The notes below the pieces were generated by a model. That model had not been told where the DNA came from, did no database searches, and saw only the letters and a program-made list of their open reading frames with translations. From assembly GCA_965644495.1 (NCBI GenBank), contig CBFFSA010000001.1:558001-622000 (forward strand): a DNA stretch of 64,000 bases, in the 5' to 3' direction. The translations under genes were made by a program, and so were the position numbers. The DNA is from Perkinsela sp. CCAP 1560/9. Its lineage: Eukaryota; Protista; Euglenozoa: Kinetoplastea. This document shows, one piece after another, positions 31,497 through 42,750 of this stretch (position 1 is the stretch's first letter; every line of letters starts with the position of its first letter).

Positions 31497-32195
31497 CTAA
31501 TTCGCATCGTATCCCTTTATACATGTTGGCAGAGTTTCACCTATGGGTAATTTTTCTAAGGTATTGCCATTTACCGTTACTAAGGAAAGATTGATCGGTA
31601 GATCTCCGTAGTCGAGCAGTGACGTGATCTGGTTATTTTCGAGACGAAGATAAGAGAGCCGGAAGGGTAAACCAAAAAAATTTACCGGACCCGAGAAGCG
31701 ATTGTCGTTAAGTCCAAGTGAGTGTAGAAAGGGGGGAAGGTGGGATATATTGAGTGTCCCTTCAAAACAATTTTTCCCTACTCGAAATGTGCGAAGCTGC
31801 TGGGGGAGGTCGGTTAGATCTAATGTACCCTGAAGGTTGTTCTCTTGGAGATCAACATGTTTCAAGTGGGAAGGTAACCCTGAAAGTTGTAATGGACCCG
31901 ATATCTTATTCCTCGCAAGAAAAAGGGATTCAGTAATGTCTGGCAAAACTTGAAGACGAAGAGTTCCGGATAAATTCATTTGAGGACATAAAATGAAGAG
32001 GGATTCTTGATCTTCGGAGAATGATAGCCCATACCATTGAGAAAGAGGACGTTTAGGCGTCCATGTCGGCGGCACTTTCAGCAACGATTGAATAAAGCGT
32101 TCCATTTGGATTTCAAGCGGAAGAGTGAGTCCGCACACTCGACCGCGGGAAGAACCTTTTTCATCAGCAGTTTGTAGAAACTGTAAAGTAGCCAT
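31497..32195 (-). CDS. Short leucine-rich repeat protein (family copy 3)
   Basis: TAD...RVCGLTLPLE motif and 22-aa LRRs. ATG at 32195. Confidence 0.88.
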   Translation of the reverse strand: MATLQFLQTADEKGSSRGRVCGLTLPLEIQMERFIQSLLKVPPTWTPKRPLSQWYGLSFSEDQESLFILCPQMNLSGTLRLQVLPDITESLFLARNKISGPLQLSGLPSHLKHVDLQENNLQGTLDLTDLPQQLRTFRVGKNCFEGTLNISHLPPFLHSLGLNDNRFSGPVNFFGLPFRLSYLRLENNQITSLLDYGDLPINLSLVTVNGNTLEKLPIGETLPTCIKGYDAN

Positions 32196-32538
32196 TTTAC
32201 ATGAGCACAGCAACAAAAAAGCGGAGTTTAAATAAATTTTATACGTTGTGGTGATACAGATAATTCTGATGAAGATGATTCTTGTGATCCGAATAAACCT
32301 GACTTATACTTACAAGTCTCGCATGCTTGTGAAATTGGAAAAGAAAATCTCTCGTATCGAGGCAATGGTGTACCAAAGCAAGAGAACAGTAAGAGGATAT
32401 GAAGATTCGAAATGCAAAAAAACGAGACTCACGTATTGAAAATTCAAGGGAAATGAAACACTAAACGTTTTCTTCTTTTTCTTTTTGTGCATTCAAGTCT
32501 ACAGTGTAGTATTAGGTTCATAATGCACAATAAGCTCT

Positions 32539-32781
32539 TCACCTAGCAAGAATGATCAGAATTCCTCCCATACTCTGTAAATCTTGTAGTGTAAACTTAT
32601 TTTCACAATTTTGTGGCTCCCCTCTGCGCAGCACAGTCAAAGAGTCACTCGGTATGGAAAATGTGGCGCTTACTATTTCGCATGCGTGTACAGCAGTGAT
32701 TCCGTTGGCTTCGTCTGGCAAGTCACAAAGATGTACTAGAGGTAATTTGATCTTGCCAAATATTTTTACAAAAAGCTTCAT
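32539..32781 (-). CDS. Small ubiquitin-like-fold protein without terminal GG
   Basis: MKLFVK...FSIPSDSLTVLRRGEP...ILIILAR parallels ubiquitin MQIFVK...EGIPPDQQRLIFAGKQ...TLHLVLR. Confidence 0.4.
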   Translation of the reverse strand: MKLFVKIFGKIKLPLVHLCDLPDEANGITAVHACEIVSATFSIPSDSLTVLRRGEPQNCENKFTLQDLQSMGGILIILAR

Positions 32782-33175
32782 ACGATGCACATGATAATTG
32801 AACTATGAAAATCAAAATATGCCGATAAAAAGCTCCAATTTTCATAGCATAAAGAAAATGTGCACTATAAGCCCGTATAATCTTTTATACAGGGGGTGAC
32901 CATGTGGGGGAGATCACGTGAGAGCTTACCCCCACCTTCTCAAATCCTAGACCCCACATATTTAGTTGAATCTGTAGAGACAATTGCAATAGGTGGGCAA
33001 GACGACTCCCAAACGTTTTCTTTTAAACAAACGTGATAATATATATTTTTATTGTATTTTTTATGTACACATACAGAATACTCAGGGTACACTTTATACT
33101 ACATTGCCATAAAACTGAAGTAAAAGTGGATGATCTAGTGTGCCGAAGCATTGGCTACCATGTGCTCTATAAACA

Positions 33176-34024
33176 TTACCAGGGTGCATAGGAAGAAAGA
33201 AGTTTTTCGTTTTCTGAAGAGATTCCCGTATTCTCAACGCCAATTTGTACCAAACCTTTGGGAAGACTATAAACGTCAAATTCAATTTTCAGTTCAAAAT
33301 TGTCTTCCAGAAAAAGTTCCTCCAGTGTTTCCGGAAAATTTTCTAAACGCACCAGACCAGTAAAATTGTTATTCTGACAATTCAAATGTTCGAGTAACGG
33401 GGGCAGATTTCGCAAATTGAGAGGCCCGGTAAACAAATTATTTGACATTTCAAGCCTCGAAAGTGTTTGAGACAAATTAGAAAGGTCAATTTCCCCAGTT
33501 AGCTTATTGTAAAAAATGGCAAGCCTGATCAGATTTGGAGGTAAATGGGTCAAGTCAACAGAACTACAAAACTGATTTGATCCCAAGTTAAGGCTTTCTA
33601 AAGTGTATGGTAACTGGGCAAGATCCAATGGACCACTAAACTGATTGTATGCTATGCAAAAAGAAGAAAGTTCGGGTGGCAAAGCACCGAGCGAAACGAC
33701 ACCTTCGAATTCGTTCTCCGCAATGTAAATCTCGTTTAACGTGTTGCATAGGTAGTTCCATTGCAGCACTCCTGAGAGGTACATTTCACACCACGAAATC
33801 TCTCTGACACGGAAATCAGCATCACATTCCACCCCATACCACTCACACGCTGGAGTCGATGTGTTCCATGTAGGATGCGGCTGTGATAGGTTTTGGAAGT
33901 TCAACCCCGACGTAACGTTTGCAATAAACCGTTCCAGTTCGTATTCCTGCGGTAGGTTTGCACGTCCCACTTTGTTGGGCATACTGGGGACGTCCGCTGC
34001 GTGGTACAAAAAAGGAAGAGCCAT
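33176..34024 (-). CDS. Short leucine-rich repeat protein (family copy 4)
   Basis: AAD...KVGRANLPQE, TW...CEWYGVEC cap, about eight 22-aa LRRs. Confidence 0.92.
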   Translation of the reverse strand: MALPFLYHAADVPSMPNKVGRANLPQEYELERFIANVTSGLNFQNLSQPHPTWNTSTPACEWYGVECDADFRVREISWCEMYLSGVLQWNYLCNTLNEIYIAENEFEGVVSLGALPPELSSFCIAYNQFSGPLDLAQLPYTLESLNLGSNQFCSSVDLTHLPPNLIRLAIFYNKLTGEIDLSNLSQTLSRLEMSNNLFTGPLNLRNLPPLLEHLNCQNNNFTGLVRLENFPETLEELFLEDNFELKIEFDVYSLPKGLVQIGVENTGISSENEKLLSSYAPW

Positions 34025-34206
34025 TTCAATATATTTTTACCAATAAAAAGCGCAGAAAAGCGTCCAAGCTGCAGAAAAGAAGGAAACGAACTTCTAAACA
34101 ATTGAATGTCGAACTGAAATGAAAAGAAGTATGAATATTGATTTGCCCGAAAAAGCGTCAAAAACATTTTCGCAGGACCGGACTACGGCCGATGGGACCC
34201 GCGATG

Positions 34207-35007
34207 TCAGACAAAAAGTTGAATTTTCTTCGCTTTTCGCTCACGACGAGACCCGCCTTGCTTCACCAGGACTACGTTACCCTGCTCATCCTGCACCTCC
34301 CGCACGTCAATGTCCTCTATCCCATCCCACGGCGACGCGTCGTCCTGCAACTCCATTGGAGTCTCCGGGTGATTTCGATAAAGGTACGCAAACGAGAACT
34401 TCCACGGTTCCTCTTCCCACTCATATTTCGCTAACATTTTGTAATGCTCCGCAATATTTTTCGGAATGTGCTCGTGGATATGGTGATCCACCGGAGGCAA
34501 ACCGAGCAGTTGGTAATTCTCCACGGTGGCATACACCGCCAGGCGTCGGGGTGCGAGCTCCATACGCATCACCGACGCCGACACCCACACGGTCTCATGC
34601 CTCCTCCCCATAAACCCCCTCGTGGTCGTATCCTTCACATCCCCGAGCAGGATGACGGGAATATGGACCCGGGGAATACGAAACGGCTCCCCGATCTCCA
34701 GCAGCGGTTTGTGCTTCAGGGGGTCGCGAAACGGCTTCGGGAGCCACCGCGCGTCGTACTCCCCCGCGTTGCACTCACTGTGGGGGTAGTACGACCGGGC
34801 CTCGTGCATGCGCTGCTCGTAGGAGGTCAGGGCGTACCGCTTCCAGAGCGGCACGTGGCTGATCCGGGGGGAGTACCGGACGCTGACCCCCCCGTCGTCG
34901 CCGACCTCCGCGGGGACGGGCGGGGGGACGGTGATTTTGTCGTCGCGTTTGCGTGGGGGGACGTAGTGGGCAATCGCACGCGGGGTGTGGCGTGTGGGGG
35001 AGAGCAT
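34207..35007 (-). CDS. MRPL9: Mitochondrial ribosomal protein bL9m
   Basis: L9 N-domain pattern IPVILLGDVK...GRRHETVWV...MRMELAPRRLAVYATVEN; presequence. Confidence 0.75.
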   Translation of the reverse strand: MLSPTRHTPRAIAHYVPPRKRDDKITVPPPVPAEVGDDGGVSVRYSPRISHVPLWKRYALTSYEQRMHEARSYYPHSECNAGEYDARWLPKPFRDPLKHKPLLEIGEPFRIPRVHIPVILLGDVKDTTTRGFMGRRHETVWVSASVMRMELAPRRLAVYATVENYQLLGLPPVDHHIHEHIPKNIAEHYKMLAKYEWEEEPWKFSFAYLYRNHPETPMELQDDASPWDGIEDIDVREVQDEQGNVVLVKQGGSRRERKAKKIQLFV

Positions 35008-35233
35008 GGAGGAAAGGAGGGGGAAGGGGAGGGTAGATAAAACAGGAAAAGGACCGGGTTCGTTTTTTGTGCATTTTACATGCGTTTTTCGGATGTTAAA
35101 TCCTTTTTTTTTGGAAAATAAGAAAGAAGGATGGTGTTGGGTTTACAAATGCGATGGAGGAAAAAGTATAAACTTGAACATGTCGGTTTCTCTTTTTGGT
35201 ACTCCGGGTCGCGTAAAAGGCAGGAAGTATGCC

Positions 35234-35926
35234 TTAGGCAATGCCTAGTGCTTGACCCCAGGTAGCTGGTTTGTGTGCGGCACCAAGGAGAGCATTGTAG
35301 GTAATTACTTCGGGTCTAACCCCAATGCCACGTAGAGCACACAGCATGCGTACGCTTTCCAGATTTTGTAGTACGGGGAGCAGTTTCGGAGGCATGCCGG
35401 ACTCTAACAAACACCGAACATAGGGGGAAACCATTCGTAGGCTACGTAGTTTCGATGCGTCCGTGGAAAAATAAGCCCCATACGGCAGAGTAATAGCTCT
35501 GTGGTTGTTTTCAGCAGGAACCCAGCCCATAAACGGGGACGCGTGCTGAATTTTCCACTGTCCGCTTGTGTAATAGCGATGATCGTCCAACGCTTTCTCA
35601 TAATATATGGTGTGTTCAATGGGATCAAAAGAGGAGAGAAGGAGTATGGTAAAGTGACGCAATGTCAAAGGTGTCCCATTAATATCGTATTCACAGTTTT
35701 TGAGAAGCAAATCGTTATATTCCGGTAAAATAGGGAAAAAGGAGCGCGCGGATTTTATACTCCGGTCTGGGGATTGACCAGAATCTGTCGCTGCACCATC
35801 AACATGTGCGTCAGCGGGATGTTCATTCGGGGATGTGCTCTCTCCAAGAGTTGAACAGGTAGGGAACGCCGGAAATAATTTTCTCCAGAGTATTTGACCT
35901 GGAAGGAGAGACGACTTGTATGACAT
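35234..35926 (-). CDS. Hypothetical protein ending in a single PPR-like motif
   Basis: RGIGVRPEVITYNALLGAA...WGQAL at the extreme C-terminus. First ATG at 35926. Confidence 0.6.
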   Translation of the reverse strand: MSYKSSLLPGQILWRKLFPAFPTCSTLGESTSPNEHPADAHVDGAATDSGQSPDRSIKSARSFFPILPEYNDLLLKNCEYDINGTPLTLRHFTILLLSSFDPIEHTIYYEKALDDHRYYTSGQWKIQHASPFMGWVPAENNHRAITLPYGAYFSTDASKLRSLRMVSPYVRCLLESGMPPKLLPVLQNLESVRMLCALRGIGVRPEVITYNALLGAAHKPATWGQALGIA

Positions 35927-36346
35927 GGTTAGCAAATATTAATGAGAGTAGATTTCTCTTTGTATAGTTATTTAACTTTTCAAGAAAACGAACAGTTGCC
36001 TATACCTCAAGAAAACAGAATATTAAACATAAGATTCCGAGGATGATGTACTGCGTGCAACTATTTTAGTACAAACTTTACTGCATGAATAAAGGACAAG
36101 GTACACGAATAAAGGATAGGAATTCGCAAGCTGAATCACATAGTGTGCCATTCTAAATAATTTTCTTGTTCTTAAAGCATAGTATCTCCTCTGAGAGGTT
36201 CTCGTGAATACATACAGATGTCTCGTTAAACACGATAATGATTAAACCGTGCTAGTAAATGTAAATGAACAAATTTTGATTTTTTTCGTGTTGCAAATGT
36301 TGCATTTACATTGGTTCATAGTTGCTTCTTTGACATGACCAAATCT

Positions 36347-39265
36347 CTACTCTGTCGTAGTAAGAGAATTGCTAGTATCGGCGGACTTGTGACCCACTAC
36401 TTCTGTATTTCCTTCAGAACTCTTTTCTACTAACATACAGATGCCAGTAATATTACTTTGTATCGGTTCATATTTGTCATGCAGACTGAAGTCAAGTAAC
36501 GCAAACTGCTCAGGCAGAACGCGCGCGGGGTTGTGCAATATTTCATACGTAGGTTCTGCATTTGCTCCCGAATGCTTGACAGAATCGACTTCTTCGACGT
36601 TTTTATCGTTTTCTATGGTTGGATGATCGACCTCCATGCTTTCTTTTGTAGCTTTTGAATGTTGACTAGAACTGGGTACTACGGCTTCAACCTTTTCATC
36701 CACTTCCATAGAAGTTGAATCCTGCTTCCCTTTTAGGCTATCTATGGTGTCGTTCGATTGTTCATCCTGCACTATTTTCTTCTTGGAGATAGAGAGCTGC
36801 ACCTCTTTATGCCGTTGCTTCTCTTTCTTTTTTTGTGTCTTTAGTGATTTCGGAGGAGCGAAACGAGAAGGTGGAGCATTAGACTGTATTGTGTAATCAG
36901 GAACCTTTAAATCAGAATCTACTCCAATGAAACATGTAGGCAACATGGCTTGGGAGAGAAATAACAGATTAGGAAACCAAAACCAATATTGCGAGAAGAG
37001 AAACAAAGCCACTATCGATTTTGTCAGCATGTGCCCCTCCTTTACCACACGAAAAGTAGCATTCCGCCCTCCTGCATCAATAATCCCCAGAGCGATAATG
37101 CTTCCGAATTTCGTGCACGTGTCTACGTGTCGGTCATTTACACGCGACGAAAGAAGAGTGCGAAAGTCTTCCACCGGATTTTTGGAGACACCCTTAACGC
37201 CTTCCGCATTCATTTCGCACAATGCACTGGATTTTTGCACAAGTACCATGGAGAGAGCCAGGGTGGCTCCCTGGCGGACAAAATCACAAGTGTCGTTGGT
37301 CATGTTGAAAAGTAGCTTTACAGATTCTGAGTGCCCGCTTCCGGCGGCCGCGATGCCCACAGCGAGCGCAATACCATAACGCACGTGAGGGTTGTAACTA
37401 TCCTGGAGGATGCCAAGGACTCGGCACGTGACTCCGGGATCGCGCAGCGTAAGAAAACCAACGCAAATCAAAGCGGTACGGCGCACATCATTGGAGGTTT
37501 CAGAGATACTACAGCGAAGGAGACGCTGGATATGCTCCATGTTCCCTGTTCCAGCAAACGCGAGTGCGAGCGTCATACAGCCCCCCATTCGCACCCAGTG
37601 GTCGCGATCAACGAGGAGCTGCTCAGCCCACGTCAAGGCTCGCTCCTCCTGGCCAAACATCACCAGCGCAACAGACATGGAACATCCGCGTATTACTTTT
37701 TCTTTTTGGTCTTTTTCGCGTGCAATTGTGAGTAGAGTTGTGGCGGTCTCCGTGTGGGCACTGCCAAGCATGACGAGCCCACAAGCAATTGCACAACCCT
37801 CTCCAGCAACCGCATCACTGCTGCCCAGGAGCGCGAGAAGAACGTCCGAGAGCTCGGTACTAAAGGAACCCATGGCAGTTAAGCCCAGACCCAGCGCCGC
37901 GCCGTGTATGACAGGCTCAAAACTGGAGTAGTTTCGTAACGCGTTGGAGAGATACTCAACTGTGTCTGTCTCTTTTTCCGGTTCGGATTGAATGCTCGCA
38001 AAGACGCCCAGCGGGGCAGATATCAATCCCAGACCAAGAAGAGCGCCGCCTTCCTGGTAAGGACTTTTAATCGCGGCTTTAGGAAGGTAGGGACCCAGTA
38101 TTTTCATCCCTTGACCAATATTGCCTCTGTGGACAATCCCTACGCTCGCCGTTGCGGCAAACTTTGCCCAATTAGAACTTTTCGCGAGCCAAGTGAGATT
38201 ATCTCGTAGAAATTTGTCCACAGTGGTTCCACAATACATCATGGCGTGTGCGAGGACCACAGCGTTGTGTGTAACACTATTACTTCCGTCGGCCTGTTTC
38301 TTGGCGGCTACAAGAATGCCAACATCCGCAGTGTTCTTTTCACTCAGAAACTGTAGATACAAGTCAGAACTAGCTCTTCCTCGTAAAATACGCAAAAGTT
38401 TGGCGTACTTTTCGCCTTTACTCATATCATTTTCAATGATTTTTTCAAGGTCTACAATGATCGAAGATGTAAATTCCTGTTTGCAAAGCTCAGAAATCTG
38501 GAATGCAAGTTGCATTGCGATAACTTTTTTCGAGGATTCATGAGATTCAAATAGGTAAGACAGTAACTCTGCTACGGCAGAGGTCTCCTTTAAGAATATG
38601 AGACACTGCAGAAGAGGAAACAGATCGCGTTGATTGGTGTCCGTGCGGTACATGTGAGCTAGCGTGCGAATGACCTCACTTCGAAACGTGAGGCTCGGGG
38701 CGTGTGTATTCGCTATTTCAGCACATGTTTTCAAGATGGTCATGTTCCCTGTTCTACGCAAATGATCTCCAAGTAGTGCTTGAAGAAGATCGAGGCGCTG
38801 TGATGATACTGCAAGTCCGAACAGATTTTCTATCGTGAACACGGTGGATTGGGAGCTCCAAGAATGAAAAATTTCGGAAAAGAAAGCTTCGAGGTCGAGT
38901 GGAATTGTTTCAGGGGCGGCTTGACGTTGCGCAATGTATTGACGCACATTTTCATGTACAACCTTCTCAGTAAACTCGCTTTTCTCCTGGAAATTGAAAC
39001 AAGGAACAGCACGAAGAGCGTAAGTCGCACTTTTTTCAGTAGAACCCGTGTGATAGTAAACTTTAGAAACAGCTAATGCCGCTAGTTTTCGTAAGTGATC
39101 CGGATAGCTAGTGCTCGAAGCGTACTCATCAAGCAAGGGAAGTAGCTCAACCATTTCAGGCCAGAACGTGTCGGAACCACTAATAAGTCGTTGAAGAGCA
39201 AATAGTTTCGTGGCAGGATCTTCGTCACGAAGCAGACAACTCAATCCTACACATGAAGATAACAT
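36347..39265 (-). CDS. RPN2: 26S proteasome regulatory subunit RPN2
   Basis: DKFLRDNLTWLAKSSNWAKFAATAS, PC repeats, SYNPHVRYG, GIIDAGGRN, QYWFWFP. Confidence 0.96.
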   Translation of the reverse strand: MLSSCVGLSCLLRDEDPATKLFALQRLISGSDTFWPEMVELLPLLDEYASSTSYPDHLRKLAALAVSKVYYHTGSTEKSATYALRAVPCFNFQEKSEFTEKVVHENVRQYIAQRQAAPETIPLDLEAFFSEIFHSWSSQSTVFTIENLFGLAVSSQRLDLLQALLGDHLRRTGNMTILKTCAEIANTHAPSLTFRSEVIRTLAHMYRTDTNQRDLFPLLQCLIFLKETSAVAELLSYLFESHESSKKVIAMQLAFQISELCKQEFTSSIIVDLEKIIENDMSKGEKYAKLLRILRGRASSDLYLQFLSEKNTADVGILVAAKKQADGSNSVTHNAVVLAHAMMYCGTTVDKFLRDNLTWLAKSSNWAKFAATASVGIVHRGNIGQGMKILGPYLPKAAIKSPYQEGGALLGLGLISAPLGVFASIQSEPEKETDTVEYLSNALRNYSSFEPVIHGAALGLGLTAMGSFSTELSDVLLALLGSSDAVAGEGCAIACGLVMLGSAHTETATTLLTIAREKDQKEKVIRGCSMSVALVMFGQEERALTWAEQLLVDRDHWVRMGGCMTLALAFAGTGNMEHIQRLLRCSISETSNDVRRTALICVGFLTLRDPGVTCRVLGILQDSYNPHVRYGIALAVGIAAAGSGHSESVKLLFNMTNDTCDFVRQGATLALSMVLVQKSSALCEMNAEGVKGVSKNPVEDFRTLLSSRVNDRHVDTCTKFGSIIALGIIDAGGRNATFRVVKEGHMLTKSIVALFLFSQYWFWFPNLLFLSQAMLPTCFIGVDSDLKVPDYTIQSNAPPSRFAPPKSLKTQKKKEKQRHKEVQLSISKKKIVQDEQSNDTIDSLKGKQDSTSMEVDEKVEAVVPSSSQHSKATKESMEVDHPTIENDKNVEEVDSVKHSGANAEPTYEILHNPARVLPEQFALLDFSLHDKYEPIQSNITGICMLVEKSSEGNTEVVGHKSADTSNSLTTTE

Positions 39266-39473
39266 GGATTCTTCTTAAGAAAATTAAGTTAATAAAAGAT
39301 ATAATAGACGAATAGGTCTCTGATAGTGAAAGCAAAGCGTAAAACTAAATACTGTAAGTGCACGGAAGCCAAGCTCTTGAAATTGAAATACACTGTACGG
39401 TGTAGAATAGAAGAAAATTTATGTTGAACATAAATTGTTCAAAATGTATGCTATTTATATAATTTCTTTTTTG

Positions 39474-39809
39474 TCAACTGATTTGAGAACCAGTATGTGG
39501 AGTCATAAGTAATTCCTCGCCCATATTTGATCTTACTTGTACGCTGTTGCCAGAATCACTATGGACTGCTTGCAAAGGAGAAGAGGAAATTTCGCGCATT
39601 TCTATTACCATTTCTTGCAAATCCAATATGTCTCCTGCAATCAAAGTTAGCTCACGCTGATACTTTCGAGCTTGTGCGCGCAGTACAGATACCTCACTGT
39701 GCACACGAAGAAGCTCTAAGTCATCGAAGGCTCCTTTAAATTCTTTTACCAAATTATCGTATGACTCGTGCTCACTAAGACGGTTCGATGTTCCAGGTGA
39801 ATTCAACAT
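39474..39809 (-). CDS. Small coiled-coil protein (possibly BLOC-1 pallidin/snapin-like)
   Basis: Heptad pattern in ARKYQRELTLIAGDILDLQEMVIEMR; the family resemblance is weak. Confidence 0.45.
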   Translation of the reverse strand: MLNSPGTSNRLSEHESYDNLVKEFKGAFDDLELLRVHSEVSVLRAQARKYQRELTLIAGDILDLQEMVIEMREISSSPLQAVHSDSGNSVQVRSNMGEELLMTPHTGSQIS

Positions 39810-40268
39810 TCGATTGCTACGATTTAGGTTTTTGTACGCAATACTTTCTCAAATACCAACAGTCATAGACGTGCGTGCATTTTCTAAGAAGAAATGATTA
39901 GATCTGAAGTCGAGACGATACATTGGATATCCAGTGTCACATAAACTCCCACATGTACATAACAAGGATTTGGCCATTTTGGTCTAAAATCGATTCTATT
40001 ACTGGGGAAGGGGGTATACTGTACTGTATTGTGGGTAGTATACTGTACTATGGGTGCTTCCAATATAAATTCCCATTAAATTATTTTAATGCAACAAGCA
40101 CACCCCGTTCGTCTTTTTTTAAATCACTCTTTTTTTTTCTTTCATCTATCTTTTTTTAAATCTATCTCACAGAATTTTCACCTCGAACCCTGGAAAGATG
40201 GAATGTGACTGGTTTTGTATCGAATGAGTAGCGCAGAAGTTGCGTTTTTAAGACAAGTGTACGTTTTT

Positions 40269-42473
40269 TTAGTGAGCAGTCCATCTGAAATCCGAGCATA
40301 CGGCAATATGATCTGAGGGAAAAATATCGTTCGGTAGTCCAAGTTGGCAAGACAGTTTAGCGTCATCTGGATTGTCCAAAGTAGAAATTCGCTCTAACTC
40401 ATTCGATGAATGAAAAATATAATCTAATCTGGCTTTAAAGCTAGGAGTATAATTCGTGAAGACATAGGGTCCCCAGTGTTCACAACTATCGCGCAGAGCA
40501 GGTAGGACATCCGGGAGATGAAGGTCCAGTTGGAACAGATCGGTTTCCTTCTTGCCATTGGAAGTAGCTGCATTGTCATCACATTCAATTGTTGTCGAAA
40601 TTTCTTTCGACTCGCCGTTTACTTTCTGGTTGGAGTCCAAATCGATTTCTTCTAAGGAGGCTAGCCCACCTTTCGTTTTGTCCCAGTCGAAGATCAGTGA
40701 ATCACACCAGTCTGTATGCTCTGCACTCACACGCCCTTCGGTGAGAAGTGTGTGTACAATCCCGTCCGGGGGGTTATTCATGTCCCCACAAAGCACAATG
40801 CCAACGCGTGGAGTTGTCGCATTTGACGAGTTCTTCCGCAAACAATCTAATCTAGATTCCCGAAGCTGGGAGATGATGTATGCTACCATGTAGGCCTGCA
40901 AAGCACGAATGTGCGTAGCGTAAGGATGCCAGAACAAATGGGTATTGGCAAGGATTATCTCCGTAGGATGATTTCCAGACTCCGACTTGGCTTCAACCGA
41001 CATGACATCGGTGTTCTGAGTTGTGGCTTGTCTGTTTTCAAGTTGAGACTCCTTGCAGCGTAGACATACGAAAAGAGCACACGTTGTGACATTCCTCAAC
41101 GCCTTTAAAACTCGAGGGTGAGTGTGTATAAGACGTAAGATGCGCTCCCATTGAGGGTCACCCTGTACAGCGGTATGATCAAAGAAGTCTATTGTAAGAG
41201 GCACAGTGACCCTTTCAATAAAATCGAACTTCGATTTATTCCATAATAAGGCGCAGCCGTCATCCATAAGCTGTCGAGTAGAGGATTCTAGTTTTTGATA
41301 GGGTAGTGCTGGACGCGGGGGAAGTGTTTTACTCTCGTGTGTGCCTTCGTAGCCGAGAGATCGAAACAAAGGTCGAAAGTAATTCGAAAAAGTGGAACGG
41401 CCCATCTCCTGAAGGGCGATGACATCGCTTGAGTAAGAAATAATCTCTTGTCCCAAGCGAAGCTCACGATTGTTGTACTCAATATTCCTATCGCTCACGT
41501 GAGGATACAGGACAGTTCGTGCATAATCGCTGCTTGCGTAGGAGTCGTGAAGTACGTTGTACGTGACAACACGAAAGTCCGGGAAGTACGTGCCTTTTTC
41601 AAGGCTTTTTCCTGAAAGTGGAACAAGTGGCTTGAACAGCCGTTTTTCATGCGGGGGACTGCGCACAACAGGTGTAATTTTAGTTATTGTATGGCCTCTG
41701 GGGTCCGAAACCGTAATCTTTAAAGGACTACCTTCACAAATCTCCGTGGGTACATATACCATAGTATCTGATAAAACATGTTCTTCTTGATTGGTATCTT
41801 GACCACTTTGCTGAACAGATTTCTTAACTTCGTCCCCAACATATTTGGATTCCTGCACGAAGCCTTTTTTATCCGATTCGCTTTGTTTTTTAGCTGCCAG
41901 TGACCACGACCACGTCAAGTCAACATTCGGATCCGTCACGTTCAAACTATTGGCAATCAAAGGAAGACATGGGCATCCCACTATGAGGCGGGAAGGAGGG
42001 ATCAAACTCTTCACGCAGGGTACCTTACAGCGAACGCGCCAGCACCAATCCCCGACTTTAAGAACATTTCTATCTGCAAAGGCCTCCTGATTGTGTGTCT
42101 CAACCGAGATCTCGGTAGTTTCGTCGGGAAGAAAAACGTGAGCCGAGGGACATTGAAGTAGTCGATTGTCTTTGTCGCTTTTCACGTGCGCGCCTTTTAT
42201 ATTTTTCTTGTGACGTCCAGATGCCACGTCTTGATTATCTTTTTTGCACTCCACACTTTCAGCTTTTGTATTCTCCTTGTAAAAAAGTAGCCGAATCCGC
42301 TCAAAGGTTTTTGAAACAGGTTCCTGCGGTTCGCGACGGAGATATTTCGCCTTCCTATTTTCGAGGGGAAGTTCTATAGAGATACATGAATCTTTTGTTT
42401 GATCATCTACGATATTGTCGACGAACATCGGCCAATATTTCATCTTCATATTAGCGGGAATAGAATGCCGCAT
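40269..42473 (-). CDS. PDE12: PDE12-like EEP nuclease (CCR4/nocturnin family)
   Basis: RVVTYNVL, DVIALQE, ANTHLFWHP, CGDMN, FTNYT, LDYIF, PSDH; PDE12-like N-terminus. Confidence 0.85.
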   Translation of the reverse strand: MRHSIPANMKMKYWPMFVDNIVDDQTKDSCISIELPLENRKAKYLRREPQEPVSKTFERIRLLFYKENTKAESVECKKDNQDVASGRHKKNIKGAHVKSDKDNRLLQCPSAHVFLPDETTEISVETHNQEAFADRNVLKVGDWCWRVRCKVPCVKSLIPPSRLIVGCPCLPLIANSLNVTDPNVDLTWSWSLAAKKQSESDKKGFVQESKYVGDEVKKSVQQSGQDTNQEEHVLSDTMVYVPTEICEGSPLKITVSDPRGHTITKITPVVRSPPHEKRLFKPLVPLSGKSLEKGTYFPDFRVVTYNVLHDSYASSDYARTVLYPHVSDRNIEYNNRELRLGQEIISYSSDVIALQEMGRSTFSNYFRPLFRSLGYEGTHESKTLPPRPALPYQKLESSTRQLMDDGCALLWNKSKFDFIERVTVPLTIDFFDHTAVQGDPQWERILRLIHTHPRVLKALRNVTTCALFVCLRCKESQLENRQATTQNTDVMSVEAKSESGNHPTEIILANTHLFWHPYATHIRALQAYMVAYIISQLRESRLDCLRKNSSNATTPRVGIVLCGDMNNPPDGIVHTLLTEGRVSAEHTDWCDSLIFDWDKTKGGLASLEEIDLDSNQKVNGESKEISTTIECDDNAATSNGKKETDLFQLDLHLPDVLPALRDSCEHWGPYVFTNYTPSFKARLDYIFHSSNELERISTLDNPDDAKLSCQLGLPNDIFPSDHIAVCSDFRWTAH

Positions 42474-42750
42474 GTGAAGAGATCTCGAATTGTATGCAAA
42501 TACAACTGGCAAGCAACGGGAAGAGGTAAAAAGAACGCGCAGCGCAATGATAAATATATTAAAAAAATGTTACGCACAACGCTGACTAAATATAGGCAAG
42601 AAAAATATTGAAAAGTAAAACTTTTACAGTAAAAGTGGGTCGAAAAGGGTAAGAACGTATCAAACAAATAACTTTTTTCACTTTGTTTCGCAGGTAGGTC
42701 GAACGATAGGTCACTTCAAGATTTCGCCATTATTTATAAAATTTTGTCAA

